Below are positions 33,001 through 47,570 of a DNA stretch of 64,000 nucleotides, in pieces; positions within the stretch are counted from its first letter, which is position 1, and each line of letters opens with the position of its first letter. A program made the translations under genes and the position numbers. The stretch lies in the NCBI GenBank assembly GCA_964016885.1, contig OZ024749.1:11780001-11844000 (forward strand). Direction: 5' to 3'. The notes beneath the pieces were generated by a model, which saw nothing but the letters and a program-made list of their open reading frames with translations, was not told the origin of the DNA and did no database searches. The DNA comes from Eledone cirrhosa. Taxonomy: Eukaryota.

Positions 33001-36000
33001 ACATTCATTGATTGTAGGAAGATATTTCACAGGTATATAACATTGATTGTAGGAAGATATTTCACAGGTGTATAACATTCATTGATTGTAGGAAGATATT
33101 TCACAGGTATATAACATTGATTGTAGGAAGATATTTCACAGGTGTATAACATTCATTGATTGTAGGAAGATATTTCACAGGTATATAACATTCATTGATT
33201 GTAGGAAGATATTTCACAGGTATATAACATTGATTGTAGGAAGATATTTCACAGGTATATAACATTGATTGATTGTAGGAAGATATTTCACAGGTATATA
33301 ACATTGATTGTAGGAAGATATTTCACAGGTGTATAACATTGATTGTAGGAAGATATTTCACAGGTGTATAACATTGATTGTAGGAAGATATTTCACAGGT
33401 GTATAACATTGATTGTAGGAAGATATTTCACAGGTATATAACATTGATTGTAGGAAGATATTTCACAGGTGTATAACATTGATTGTAGGAAGATATTTCA
33501 CAGGTGTATAACATTGATTGTAGGAAGATATTTCACAGGTATATAACATTGATTGTAGGAAGATATTTCACAGGTGTATAACATTGATTGTAGGAAGATA
33601 TTTCACAGGTATATAACATTGATTGTAGGAAGATATTTCACAGGTATATAACATTGATTGATTGTAGGAAGATATTTCACAGGTGTATAACATTCATTGA
33701 TTGTAGGAAGATATTTCACAGGTATATAACATTGATTGTGGGAAGATATTTCACAGGTATATAACATTGATTGATTGTAGGAAGATATTTCACAGGTGTA
33801 TAACATTCATTGATTGTAGGAAGATATTTCACAGGTATATAACATTGATTGTAGGAAGATATTTCACAGGTATATAACATTGATTGATTGTAGGAAGATA
33901 TTTCACAGGTATATAACATTCATTGATTATAGGAATATATTTCACAGGTATATAACATTGATTGTAGGAAGATATTTCACAGGTGTATAACATTCATTGA
34001 TTGTAGGAAGATATTTCACAGGTATATAACATTGATTGTAGGAAGATATTTCACAGGTGTATAACATTCATTGATTGTAGGAAGATATTTCACAGGTATA
34101 TAACATTCATTGATTGTAGGAAGATATTTCACAGGTATATAACATTGATTGTAGGAAGATATTTCACAGGTGTATAACATTGATTGTAGGAAGATATTTC
34201 ACAGGTATATAACATTGATTGTAGGAAGATATTTCACAGGTATATAACATTGATTGTAGGAAGATATTTCACAGGTGTATAACATTGATTGTAGGAAGAT
34301 ATTTCACAGGTATATAACATTGATTGTAGGAAGATATTTCACAGGTGTATAACATTCATTGATTGTAGGAAGATATTTCACAGGTATATAACATTGATTG
34401 TAGGAAGATATTTCACAGGTATATAACATTGATTGATTGTAGGAAGATATTTCACAGGTATATAACATTGATTGTAGGAAGATATTTCACAGGTGTATAA
34501 CATTCATTGATTGTAGGAAGATATTTCACAGGTATATAACATTGATTGTAGGAAGATATTTCACAGGTATATAACATTGATTGTAGGAAGATATTTCACA
34601 GGTATATAACATTGATTGTAGGAAGATATTTCACAGGTGTATAACATTCATTGATTGTAGGAAGATATTTCACAGGTGTATAACATTGATTGTAGGAAGA
34701 TATTTCACAGGTGTATAACATTTATTGTAGGAAGATATTTCACAGGTATATAACATTGATTGATTGTAGGAAGATATTTCACAGGTATATAACATTGATT
34801 GTAGGAAGATATTTCACAGGTATATAACATTGATTGTAGGAAGATATTTCACAGGTATATAACATTGATTGATTGTAGGAAGATATTTCACAGGTATATA
34901 ACATTGATTGTAGGAAGATATTTCACAGGTGTATAACATTGATTGTAGGAAGATATTTCACAGGTGTATAACATTGATTGTAGGAAGATATTTCACAGGT
35001 GTATAACATTGATTGTAGGAAGATATTTCACAGGTATATAACATTGATTGTAGGAAGATATTTCACAGGTATATAACATTGATTGTAGGAAGATATTTCA
35101 CAGGTATATAACATTGATTGATTGTAGGAAGATATTTCACAGGTATATAACATTGATTGTAGGAAGATATTTCACAGGTATATAACATTGATTGTAGGAA
35201 GATATTTCACAGGTGTATAACATTGATTGTAGGAAGATATTTCACAGGTATATAACATTGATTGTAGGAAGATATTTCACAGGTATATAACATTGATTGA
35301 TTGTAGGAAGATATTTCACAGGTGTATAACATTCATTGATTGTAGGAAGATATTTCACAGGTATATAACATTGATTGTAGGAAGATATTTCACAGGTATA
35401 TAACATTGATTGATTGTAGGAAGATATTTCACAGGTATATAACATTCATTGATTGTAGGAAGATATTTCACAGGTATATAACATTGATTGTAGGAAGATA
35501 TTTCACAGGTGTATAACATTGATTGTAGGAAGATATTTCACAGGTATATAACATTCATTGATTGTAGGAAGATATTTCACAGGTATATAACATTGATTGA
35601 TTGTAGGAAGATATTTCACAGGTATATAACATTGATTGATAGTAGGAAGATATTTCACAGGTATATAACATTGATTGTAGGAAGATATTTCACAGGTATA
35701 TAACATTGATTGTAGGAAGATATTTCACAGGTGTATAACATTCATTGATTGTAGGAAGATATTTCACAGGTATATAACATTGATTGTAGGAAGATATTTC
35801 ACAGGTATATAACATTGATTGATTGTAGGAAGATATTTCACAGGTATATAACATTGATTGTAGGAAGATATTTCACAGGTGTATAACATTCATTGATTGT
35901 AGGAAGATATTTCACAGGTATATAACATTGATTGTAGGAAGATATTTCACAGGTATATAACATTGATTGTAGGAAGATATTTCACAGGTATATAACATTG

Positions 36001-39000
36001 ATTGTAGGAAGATATTTCACAGGTGTATAACATTCATTGATTGTAGGAAGATATTTCACAGGTGTATAACATTGATTGTAGGAAGATATTTCACAGGTGT
36101 ATAACATTTATTGTAGGAAGATATTTCACAGGTATATAACATTGATTGATTGTAGGAAGATATTTCACAGGTATATAACATTGATTGTAGGAAGATATTT
36201 CACAGGTATATAACATTGATTGTAGGAAGATATTTCACAGGTATTTAACATTGATTGATTGTAGGAAGATATTTCACAGGTATATAACATTGATTGTAGG
36301 AAGATATTTCACAGGTGTATAACATTGATTGTAGGAAGATATTTCACAGGTGTATAACATTGATTGTAGGAAGATATTTCACAGGTATATAACATTGATT
36401 GTAGGAAGATATTTCACAGGTATATAACATTGATTGTAGGAAGATATTTCACAGGTGTATAACATTGATTGTAGGAAGATATTTCACAGGTATATAACAT
36501 TGATTGTAGGAAGATATTTCACAGGTATATAACATTGATTGATTGTAGGAAGATATTTCACAGGTGTATAACATTCATTGATTGTAGGAAGATATTTCAC
36601 AGGTATATAACATTGATTGTAGGAAGATATTTCACAGGTATATAACATTGATTGATTGTAGGAAGATATTTCACAGGTATATAACATTCATTGATTGTAG
36701 GAAGATATTTCACAGGTATATAACATTGATTGTAGGAAGATATTTCACAGGTGTATAACATTGATTGTAGGAAGATATTTCACAGGTATATAACATTCAT
36801 TGTTTGTAGGAAGATATTTCACAGGTATATAACATTGATTGATTGTAGGAAGATATTTCACAGGTATATAACATTGATTGATAGTAGGAAGATATTTCAC
36901 AGGTATATAACATTGATTGTAGGAAGATATTTCACAGGTATATAACATTGATTGTAGGAAGATATTTCACAGGTGTATAACATTCATTGATTGTAGGAAG
37001 ATATTTCACAGGTATATAACATTGATTGTAGGAAGATATTTCACAGGTGTATAACATTCATTGATTGTAGGAAGATATTTCACAGGTATATAACATTGAT
37101 TGTAGGAAGATATTTCACAGGTGTATAACATTCTTTGATTGTAGGAAGATATTTCACAGGTATATAACATTGATTGTAGGAAGATATTTCACAGGTGTAT
37201 AACATTCATTGATTGTAGGAAGATATTTCACAGGTATATAACATTCATTGATTGTAGGAAGATATTTCACAGGTATATAACATTGATTGTAGGAAGATAT
37301 TTCACAGGTGTATAACATTGATTGTAGGAAGATATTTCACAGGTATATAACATTGATTGTAGGAAGATATTTCACAGGTATATAACATTGATTGTAGGAA
37401 GATATTTCACAGGTGTATAACATTGATTGTAGGAAGATATTTCACAGGTGTATAACATTGATTGTAGGAAGATATTTCACAGGTGTATAACATTGATTGT
37501 AGGAAGATATTTCACAGGTATATAACATTGATTGTAGGAAGATATTTCACAGGTGTATAACATTGATTGTAGGAAGATATTTCACAGGTGTATAACATTG
37601 ATTGTAGGAAGATATTTCACAGGTATATAACATTGATTGTAGGAAGATATTTCACAGGTGTATAACATTGATTGTAGGAAGATATTTCACAGGTATATAA
37701 CATTGATTGTAGGAAGATATTTCACAGGTATATAACATTGATTGATTGTAGGAAGATATTTCACAGGTGTATAACATTCATTGATTGTAGGAAGATATTT
37801 CACAGGTATATAACATTGATTGTGGGAAGATATTTCACAGGTATATAACATTGATTGATTGTAGGAAGATATTTCACAGGTGTATAACATTCATTGATTG
37901 TAGGAAGATATTTCACAGGTATATAACATTGATTGTAGGAAGATATTTCACAGGTATATAACATTGATTGATTGTAGGAAGATATTTCACAGGTATATAA
38001 CATTCATTGATTATAGGAATATATTTCACAGGTATATAACATTGATTGTAGGAAGATATTTCACAGGTGTATAACATTCATTGATTGTAGGAAGATATTT
38101 CACAGGTATATAACATTGATTGTAGGAAGATATTTCACAGGTGTATAACATTCATTGATTGTAGGAAGATATTTCACAGGTATATAACATTCATTGATTG
38201 TAGGAAGATATTTCACAGGTATATAACATTGATTGTAGGAAGATATTTCACAGGTGTATAACATTGATTGTAGGAAGATATTTCACAGGTATATAACATT
38301 GATTGTAGGAAGATATTTCACAGGTATATAACATTGATTGTAGGAAGATATTTCACAGGTGTATAACATTGATTGTAGGAAGATATTTCACAGGTATATA
38401 ACATTGATTGTAGGAAGATATTTCACAGGTGTATAACATTCATTGATTGTAGGAAGATATTTCACAGGTATATAACATTGATTGTAGGAAGATATTTCAC
38501 AGGTATATAACATTGATTGATTGTAGGAAGATATTTCACAGGTATATAACATTGATTGTAGGAAGATATTTCACAGGTGTATAACATTCATTGATTGTAG
38601 GAAGATATTTCACAGGTATATAACATTGATTGTAGGAAGATATTTCACAGGTATATAACATTGATTGTAGGAAGATATTTCACAGGTATATAACATTGAT
38701 TGTAGGAAGATATTTCACAGGTGTATAACATTCATTGATTGTAGGAAGATATTTCACAGGTGTATAACATTGATTGTAGGAAGATATTTCACAGGTGTAT
38801 AACATTTATTGTAGGAAGATATTTCACAGGTATATAACATTGATTGATTGTAGGAAGATATTTCACAGGTATATAACATTGATTGTAGGAAGATATTTCA
38901 CAGGTATATAACATTGATTGATTGTAGGAAGATATTTCACAGGTATATAACATTGATTGTAGGAAGATATTTCACAGGTGTATAACATTGATTGTAGGAA

Positions 39001-42000
39001 GATATTTCACAGGTGTATAACATTGATTGTAGGAAGATATTTCACAGGTGTATAACATTGATTGTAGGAAGATATTTCACAGGTATATAACATTGATTGT
39101 AGGAAGATATTTCACAGGTATATAACATTGATTGTAGGAAGATATTTCACAGGTATATAACATTGATTGATTGTAGGAAGATATTTCACAGGTATATAAC
39201 ATTGATTGTAGGAAGATATTTCACAGGTATATAACATTGATTGTAGGAAGATATTTCACAGGTGTATAACATTGATTGTAGGAAGATATTTCACAGGTAT
39301 ATAACATTGATTGTAGGAAGATATTTCACAGGTATATAACATTGATTGATTGTAGGAAGATATTTCACAGGTGTATAACATTCATTGATTGTAGGAAGAT
39401 ATTTCACAGGTATATAACATTGATTGTAGGAAGATATTTCACAGGTATATAACATTGATTGATTGTAGGAAGATATTTCACAGGTATATAACATTCATTG
39501 ATTGTAGGAAGATATTTCACAGGTATATAACATTGATTGTAGGAAGATATTTCACAGGTGTATAACATTGATTGTAGGAAGATATTTCACAGGTATATAA
39601 CATTCATTGATTGTAGGAAGATATTTCACAGGTATATAACATTGATTGATTGTAGGAAGATATTTCACAGGTATATAACATTGATTGATAGTAGGAAGAT
39701 ATTTCACAGGTATATAACATTGATTGTAGGAAGATATTTCACAGGTATATAACATTGATTGTAGGAAGATATTTCACAGGTGTATAACATTCATTGATTG
39801 TAGGAAGATATTTCACAGGTATATAACATTGATTGTAGGAAGATATTTCACAGGTGTATAACATTCATTGATTGTAGGAAGATATTTCACAGGTATATAA
39901 CATTGATTGTAGGAAGATATTTCACAGGTGTATAACATTCATTGATTGTAGGAAGATATTTCACAGGTATATAACATTGATTGTAGGAAGATATTTCACA
40001 GGTGTATAACATTCATTGATTGTAGGAAGATATTTCACAGGTATATAACATTCATTGATTGTAGGAAGATATTTCACAGGTATATAACATTAATTGTAGG
40101 AAGATATTTCACAGGTGTATAACATTGATTGTAGGAAGATATTTCACAGGTATATAACATTGATTGTAGGAAGATATTTCACAGGTATATAACATTGATT
40201 GTAGGAAGATATTTCACAGGTGTATAACATTGATTGTAGGAAGATATTTCACAGGTATATAACATTGATTGTAGGAAGATATTTCACAGGTGTATAACAT
40301 TCATTGATTGTAGGAAGATATTTCACAGGTGTATAACATTGATTGTAGGAAGATATTTCACAGGTATATAACATTGATTGTAGGAAGATATTTCACAGGT
40401 GTATAACATTGATTGTAGGAAGATATTTCACAGGTATATAACATTGATTGTGGGAAGATATTTCACAGGTATATAACATTGATTGATTGTAGGAAGATAT
40501 TTCACAGGTGTATAACATTCATTGATTGTAGGAAGATATTTCACAGGTATATAACATTGATTGTAGGAAGATATTTCACAGGTATATAACATTGATTGAT
40601 TGTAGGAAGATATTTCACAGGTATATAACATTCATTGATTATAGGAATATATTTCACAGGTATATAACATTGATTGTAGGAAGATATTTCACAGGTGTAT
40701 AACATTCATTGATTGTAGGAAGATATTTCACAGGTATATAACATTGATTGTAGGAAGATATTTCACAGGTGTATAACATTCATTGATTGTAGGAAGATAT
40801 TTCACAGGTATATAACATTCATTGATTGTAGGAAGATATTTCACAGGTATATAACATTGATTGTAGGAAGATATTTCACAGGTGTATAACATTGATTGTA
40901 GGAAGATATTTCACAGGTATATAACATTGATTGTAGGAAGATATTTCACAGGTATATAACATTGATTGTAGGAAGATATTTCACAGGTGTATAACATTGA
41001 TTGTAGGAAGATATTTCACAGGTATATAACATTGATTGTAGGAAGATATTTCACAGGTGTATAACATTCATTGATTGTAGGAAGATATTTCACAGGTATA
41101 TAACATTGATTGTAGGAAGATATTTCACAGGTATATAACATTGATTGATTGTAGGAAGATATTTCACAGGTATATAACATTGATTGTAGGAAGATATTTC
41201 ACAGGTGTATAACATTCATTGATTGTAGGAAGATATTTCACAGGTATATAACATTGATTGTAGGAAGATATTTCACAGGTATATAACATTGATTGTAGGA
41301 AGATATTTCACAGGTATATAACATTGATTGTAGGAAGATATTTCACAGGTGTATAACATTCATTGATTGTAGGAAGATATTTCACAGGTGTATAACATTG
41401 ATTGTAGGAAGATATTTCACAGGTGTATAACATTTATTGTAGGAAGATATTTCACAGGTATATAACATTGATTGATTGTAGGAAGATATTTCACAGGTAT
41501 ATAACATTGATTGTAGGAAGATATTTCACAGGTATATAACATTGATTGTAGGAAGATATTTCACAGGTATATAACATTGATTGATTGTAGGAAGATATTT
41601 CACAGGTATATAACATTGATTGTAGGAAGATATTTCACAGGTGTATAACATTGATTGTAGGAAGATATTTCACAGGTGTATAACATTGATTGTAGGAAGA
41701 TATTTCACAGGTGTATAACATTGATTGTAGGAAGATATTTCACAGGTATATAACATTGATTGTAGGAAGATATTTCACAGGTATATAACATTGATTGTAG
41801 GAAGATATTTCACAGGTATATAACATTGATTGATTGTAGGAAGATATTTCACAGGTATATAACATTGATTGTAGGAAGATATTTCACAGGTATATAACAT
41901 TGATTGTAGGAAGATATTTCACAGGTGTATAACATTGATTGTAGGAAGATATTTCACAGGTATATAACATTGATTGTAGGAAGATATTTCACAGGTATAT

Positions 42001-45000
42001 AACATTGATTGATTGTAGGAAGATATTTCACAGGTGTATAACATTCATTGATTGTAGGAAGATATTTCACAGGTATATAACATTGATTGTAGGAAGATAT
42101 TTCACAGGTATATAACATTGATTGATTGTAGGAAGATATTTCACAGGTATATAACATTCATTGATTGTAGGAAGATATTTCACAGGTATATAACATTGAT
42201 TGTAGGAAGATATTTCACAGGTGTATAACATTGATTGTAGGAAGATATTTCACAGGTATATAACATTCATTGATTGTAGGAAGATATTTCACAGGTATAT
42301 AACATTGATTGATTGTAGGAAGATATTTCACAGGTATATAACATTGATTGATAGTAGGAAGATATTTCACAGGTATATAACATTGATTGTAGGAAGATAT
42401 TTCACAGGTATATAACATTGATTGTAGGAAGATATTTCACAGGTGTATAACATTCATTGATTGTAGGAAGATATTTCACAGGTATATAACATTGATTGTA
42501 GGAAGATATTTCACAGGTGTATAACATTCATTGATTGTAGGAAGATATTTCACAGGTATATAACATTGATTGTAGGAAGATATTTCACAGGTGTATAACA
42601 TTCATTGATTGTAGGAAGATATTTCACAGGTATATAACATTGATTGTAGGAAGATATTTCACAGGTGTATAACATTGATTGTAGGAAGATATTTCACAGG
42701 TGTATAACATTGATTGTAGGAAGATATTTCACAGGTATATAACACTGATTGTAGGAAGATATTTCACAGGTGTATAACATTGATTGTAGGAAGATATTTC
42801 ACAGGTATATAACATTGATTGTAGGAAGATATTTCACAGGTATATAACATTGATTGATTGTATGAAGATATTTCACAGGTATATAGCATTCATATATAGC
42901 ATTCATTGATTGTAGGAAGATATTTCACAGGTATATAACATTGATTGTAGGAAGATATTTCACAGGTATATAACATTCATTGATTGTAGGAAGATATTTC
43001 ACAGGTATATAACATTCATTGATTGTAGGAAGATATTTCACAGGTGTATAACATTCATTGATTGTAGGAAGATATTTCAAAGGTGTATAACATTCATTGA
43101 TTGTAGGAAGATATTTCACAGGTGTATAACATTGATTGTAGGAAGATATTTCACAGGTGTATAACATTGATTGATTGTAGGAAGATATTTCACAGGTATA
43201 TAACATTGATTGTAGGAAGATATTTCACAGGTATATAACATTGATTGTAGGAAGATATTTCATAGGTTTATAACATTGATTGTAGGAAGATATTTCACAG
43301 GTGTATAACATTCATTGATTGTAGGAAGATATTTCACAGGTATATAACATTGATTGTAGGAAGATATTTCACAGGTATATAACATTCATTGATTGTAGGA
43401 AGATATTTCACAGGTGTATAACATTGATTGTAGGAAGATATTTCACAGGTATATAACATTGATTGTAGGAAGATATTTCACAGGTGTATAACATTCATTG
43501 ATTGTAGGAAGATATTTCACAGGTGTATAACATTCATTGATTGTAGGAAGATATTTCACAGGTGTATAACATTCATTGATTGTAGGAAGATATTTCACAG
43601 GTGTATAACATTCATTGATTGTAGGAAGATATTTCACAGGTATATAACATTGATTGTAGGAAGATATTTCAAAGGTATATAACATTCATTGATTGTAGGA
43701 AGATATTTCACAGGTATATAACATTGATTGATTGTAGGAAGATATTTCACAGGTATATAACATTGATTGTAGGAAGATATTTCACAGGTGTATAACATTC
43801 ATTGATTGTAGGAAGATATTTCACAGGTATATAACATTGATTGTAGGAAGATATTTCACAGGTATATAACATTGATTGTAGGAAGATATTTCACAGGTAT
43901 ATAACATTCATTGATTGTAGGAAGATATTTCACAGGTATATAACATTGATTGTAGGAAGATATTTCACAGGTATATAACATTGATTGTAGGAAGATATTT
44001 CACAGGTATATAACATTAATTGTAGGAAGATATTTCACAGGTATATAACATTGATTGTAGGAAGATATTTCACAGGTGTATAACATTGATTGTAAGAAGA
44101 TATTTCACAGGTATATAACATTGATTGTAGGAAGATATTTCACAGGTATATAACATTGATTGTAGGAAGATATTTCACAGGTATATAACATTCATTGATT
44201 GTAGGAAGATATTTCACAGGTACATAACATTGATTGTAGGAAGATATTTCACAGGTACATAACATTGATTGTAGGAAGATATTTCACAGGTATATAACAT
44301 TGATTGTAGGAAGATATTTCACAGGTATATAACATTGATTGTAGGAAGATATTTCACAGGTATATAACATTGATTGTAGGAAGATATTTCACAGGTGTAT
44401 AACATTCATTGATTGTAGGAAGATATTTCACAGGTATATAACATTGATTGTAGGAAGATATTTTACAGGTGTATAACATTGATTGTAGGAAGATATTTCA
44501 CAGGTATATAACATTCATTGATTGTAGGAAGATATTTCACAGGTGTATAACATTCATTGATTGTAGGAAGATATTTCACAGGTGTATAACATTGATTGTA
44601 GGAAGATATTTCACAGGTATATAACATTGATTGTAGGAAGATATTTCACAGGTATATAACATTCATTGATTGTAGGAAGATATTTCACAGGTGTATAACA
44701 TTCATTGATTGTAGGAAGATATTTCACAGGTGTATAACATTGATTGTAGGAAGATATTTCACAGGTATATAACATTGATTGTAGGAAGATATTTCACAGG
44801 TATATAACATTCATTGATTGTAGGAAGATATTTCACAGGTATATAACATTGATTGTAGGAAGATATTTCACAGGTATATAACATTGATTGTAAGAAGATA
44901 TTTCACAGGTGTATAACATTGATTGTAGGAAGATATTTCACAGGTGTATAATATTGATTGTGGGAAGATATTTCACAGGTATATAACATTGATTGTAGGA

Positions 45001-47518
45001 AGATATTTCACAGGTATATAACATTGATTGTAGGAAGATATTTAACAGGTGTATAACATTCATTGATTGTAGGAAGATATTTCACAGGTATATAACATTG
45101 ATTGTAGGAAGATATTTCACAGGTGTATAACATTCATTGATTGTAGGAAGATATTTCACAGGTATATAACATTGATTGTAGGAAGATATTTCACAGGTGT
45201 ATAACATTGATTGTAGGAAGATATTTCACAGGTGTATAACATTGATTGTAGGAAGATATTTCACAGGTGTATAACATTGATTGTAGGAAGATATTTCACA
45301 GGTATATAACATTGATTGTAGGAAGATATTTCACAGGTATATAACATTGATTGATTGTAGGAAGATATTTCACAGGTATATAGCATTCATATATAGCATT
45401 CATTGATTGTAGCAAGATATTTCACAGGTATATAACATTGATTGTAGGAAGATATTTCACAGGTATATAACATTCATTGATTGTAGGAAGATATTTCACA
45501 GGTATATAACATTCATTGATTGTAGGAAGATATTTCACAGGTGTATAACATTCATTGATTGTAGGAAGATATTTCAAAGGTGTATAACATTCTTTGATTG
45601 TAGGAAGATATTTCACAGGTGTATAACATTGATTGTAGGAAGATATTTCACAGGTGTATAACATTGATTGATTGTAGGAAGATATTTCACAGGTATATAA
45701 CATTGATTGTAGGAAGATATTTCACAGGTATATAACATTGATTGTAGGAAGATATTTCATAGGTTTATAACATTGATTGTAGGAAGATATTTCACAGGTG
45801 TATAACATTCATTGATTGTAGGAAGATATTTCACAGGTATATAACATTGATTGTAGGAAGATATTTCACAGGTATATAACATTCATTGATTGTAGGAAGA
45901 TATTTCACAGGTGTATAACATTGATTGTAGGAAGATATTTCACAGGTATATAACATTGATTGTAGGAAGATATTTCACAAGTGTATAACATTCATTGATT
46001 GTAGGAAGATATTTCACAGGTGTATAACATTCATTGATTGTAGGAAGATATTTCACAGGTGTATAACATTCATTGATTGTAGGAAGATATTTCACAGGTG
46101 TATAACATTCATTGATTGTAGGAAGATATTTCACAGGTATATAACATTGATTGTAGGAAGATATTTCACAGGTATATAACATTCATTGATTGTAGGAAGA
46201 TATTTCACAGGTATATAACATTGATTGATTGTAGGAAGATATTTCACAGGTATATAACATTGATTGTAGGAAGATATTTCACAGGTGTATAACATTCATT
46301 GATTGTAGGAAGATATTTCACAGGTATATAACATTGATTGTAGGAAGATATTTCACAGGTATATAACATTGATTGTAGGAAGATATTTCACAGGTATATA
46401 ACATTGATTGTAGGAAGATATTTCACAGGTATATAACATTCATTGATTGTAGGAAGATATTTCACAGGTATATAACATTAATTGTAGGAAGATATTTCAC
46501 AGGTATATAACATTGATTGTAGGAAGATATTTCACAGGTGTATAACATTGATTGTAAGAAGATATTTCACAGGTATATAACATTGATTGTAGGAAGATAT
46601 TTCACAGGTATATAACATTGATTGTAGGAAGATATTTCACAGGTATATAACATTCATTGATTGTAGGAAGATATTTCACAGGTACATAACATTGATTGTA
46701 GGAAGATATTTCACAGGTACATAACATTGATTGTAGGAAGATATTTCACAGGTATATAACATTGATTGTAGGAAGATATTTCACAGGTATATAACATTGA
46801 TTGTAGGAAGATATTTCACAGGTATATAACATTGATTGTAGGAAGATATTTCACAGGTGTATAACATTCATTGATTGTAGGAAGATATTTCACAGGTATT
46901 TAACATTGATTGTAGGAAGATATTTTACAGGTGTATAACATTGATTGTAGGAAGATATTTCACAGGTATATAACATTCATTGATTGTAGGAAGATATTTC
47001 ACAGGTGTATAACATTCATTGATTGTAGGAAGATATTTCACAGGTGTATAACATTGATTGTAGGAAGATATTTCACAGGTATATAACATTGATTGTAGGA
47101 AGATATTTCACAGGTATATAACATTCATTGATTGTAGGAAGATATTTCACAGGTGTATAACATTCATTGATTGTAGGAAGATATTTCACAGGTGTATAAC
47201 ATTGATTGTAGGAAGATATTTCACAGGTATATAACATTGATTGTAGGAAGATATTTCACAGGTATATAACATTCATTGATTGTAGGAAGATATTTCACAG
47301 GTATATAACATTGATTGTAGGAAGATATTTCACAGGTATATAACATTGATTGTAAGAAGATATTTCACAGGTGTATAACATTGATTGTAGGAAGATATTT
47401 CACAGGTGTATAACATTGATTGTAGGAAGATATTTCACAGGTATATAACATTGATTGTAGGAAGATATTTCACAGGTATATAACATTGATTGTAGGAAGA
47501 TATTTCACAGGTGTATAA
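1..47518. repeat. Tandem satellite/minisatellite array, 35-bp unit with 39-bp variants, roughly 1,300 copies, continuing upstream of the window
   Basis: Consensus TTGATTGTAGGAAGATATTTCACAGGT(A/G)TATAACA (35 bp, 10/35 GC, no CpG). The 39-bp variants carry an extra TTCA or TTGA, and a rarer longer variant reads TATAGCATTCATATATAGCATT. There are no unique spacers. The array ends abruptly at ...CACAGGTGTATAA|TAAACATTAAC. Copy number is estimated as length / ~36 bp. Confidence 0.99.
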
Positions 47519-47570
47519 TAAACATTAACAATTAGACATTTAAAAAATAAAAACTTTTTCTTTTATTTTT

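Noticed and set aside
176-46182. Dozens of short ORFs (MLYTCEISSYNQ..., YLPTINEC..., IDCRKIFHR...) as a repetitive peptide gene family
   Set aside because: They are by-products of runs of 39-bp units. Frames break at 35-bp units, and there is no promoter, splice or selection evidence.
1-47518. CRISPR array (35-39 bp periodicity)
   Set aside because: Units are head-to-tail with no unique spacers, there are no cas genes, and the context is eukaryotic (spliceosomal introns, LINEs, SINEs).
1-47518. Telomeric or rDNA/tRNA-derived repeat
   Set aside because: There is no TTAGGG-type unit and no recognisable structural RNA sequence in the monomer.
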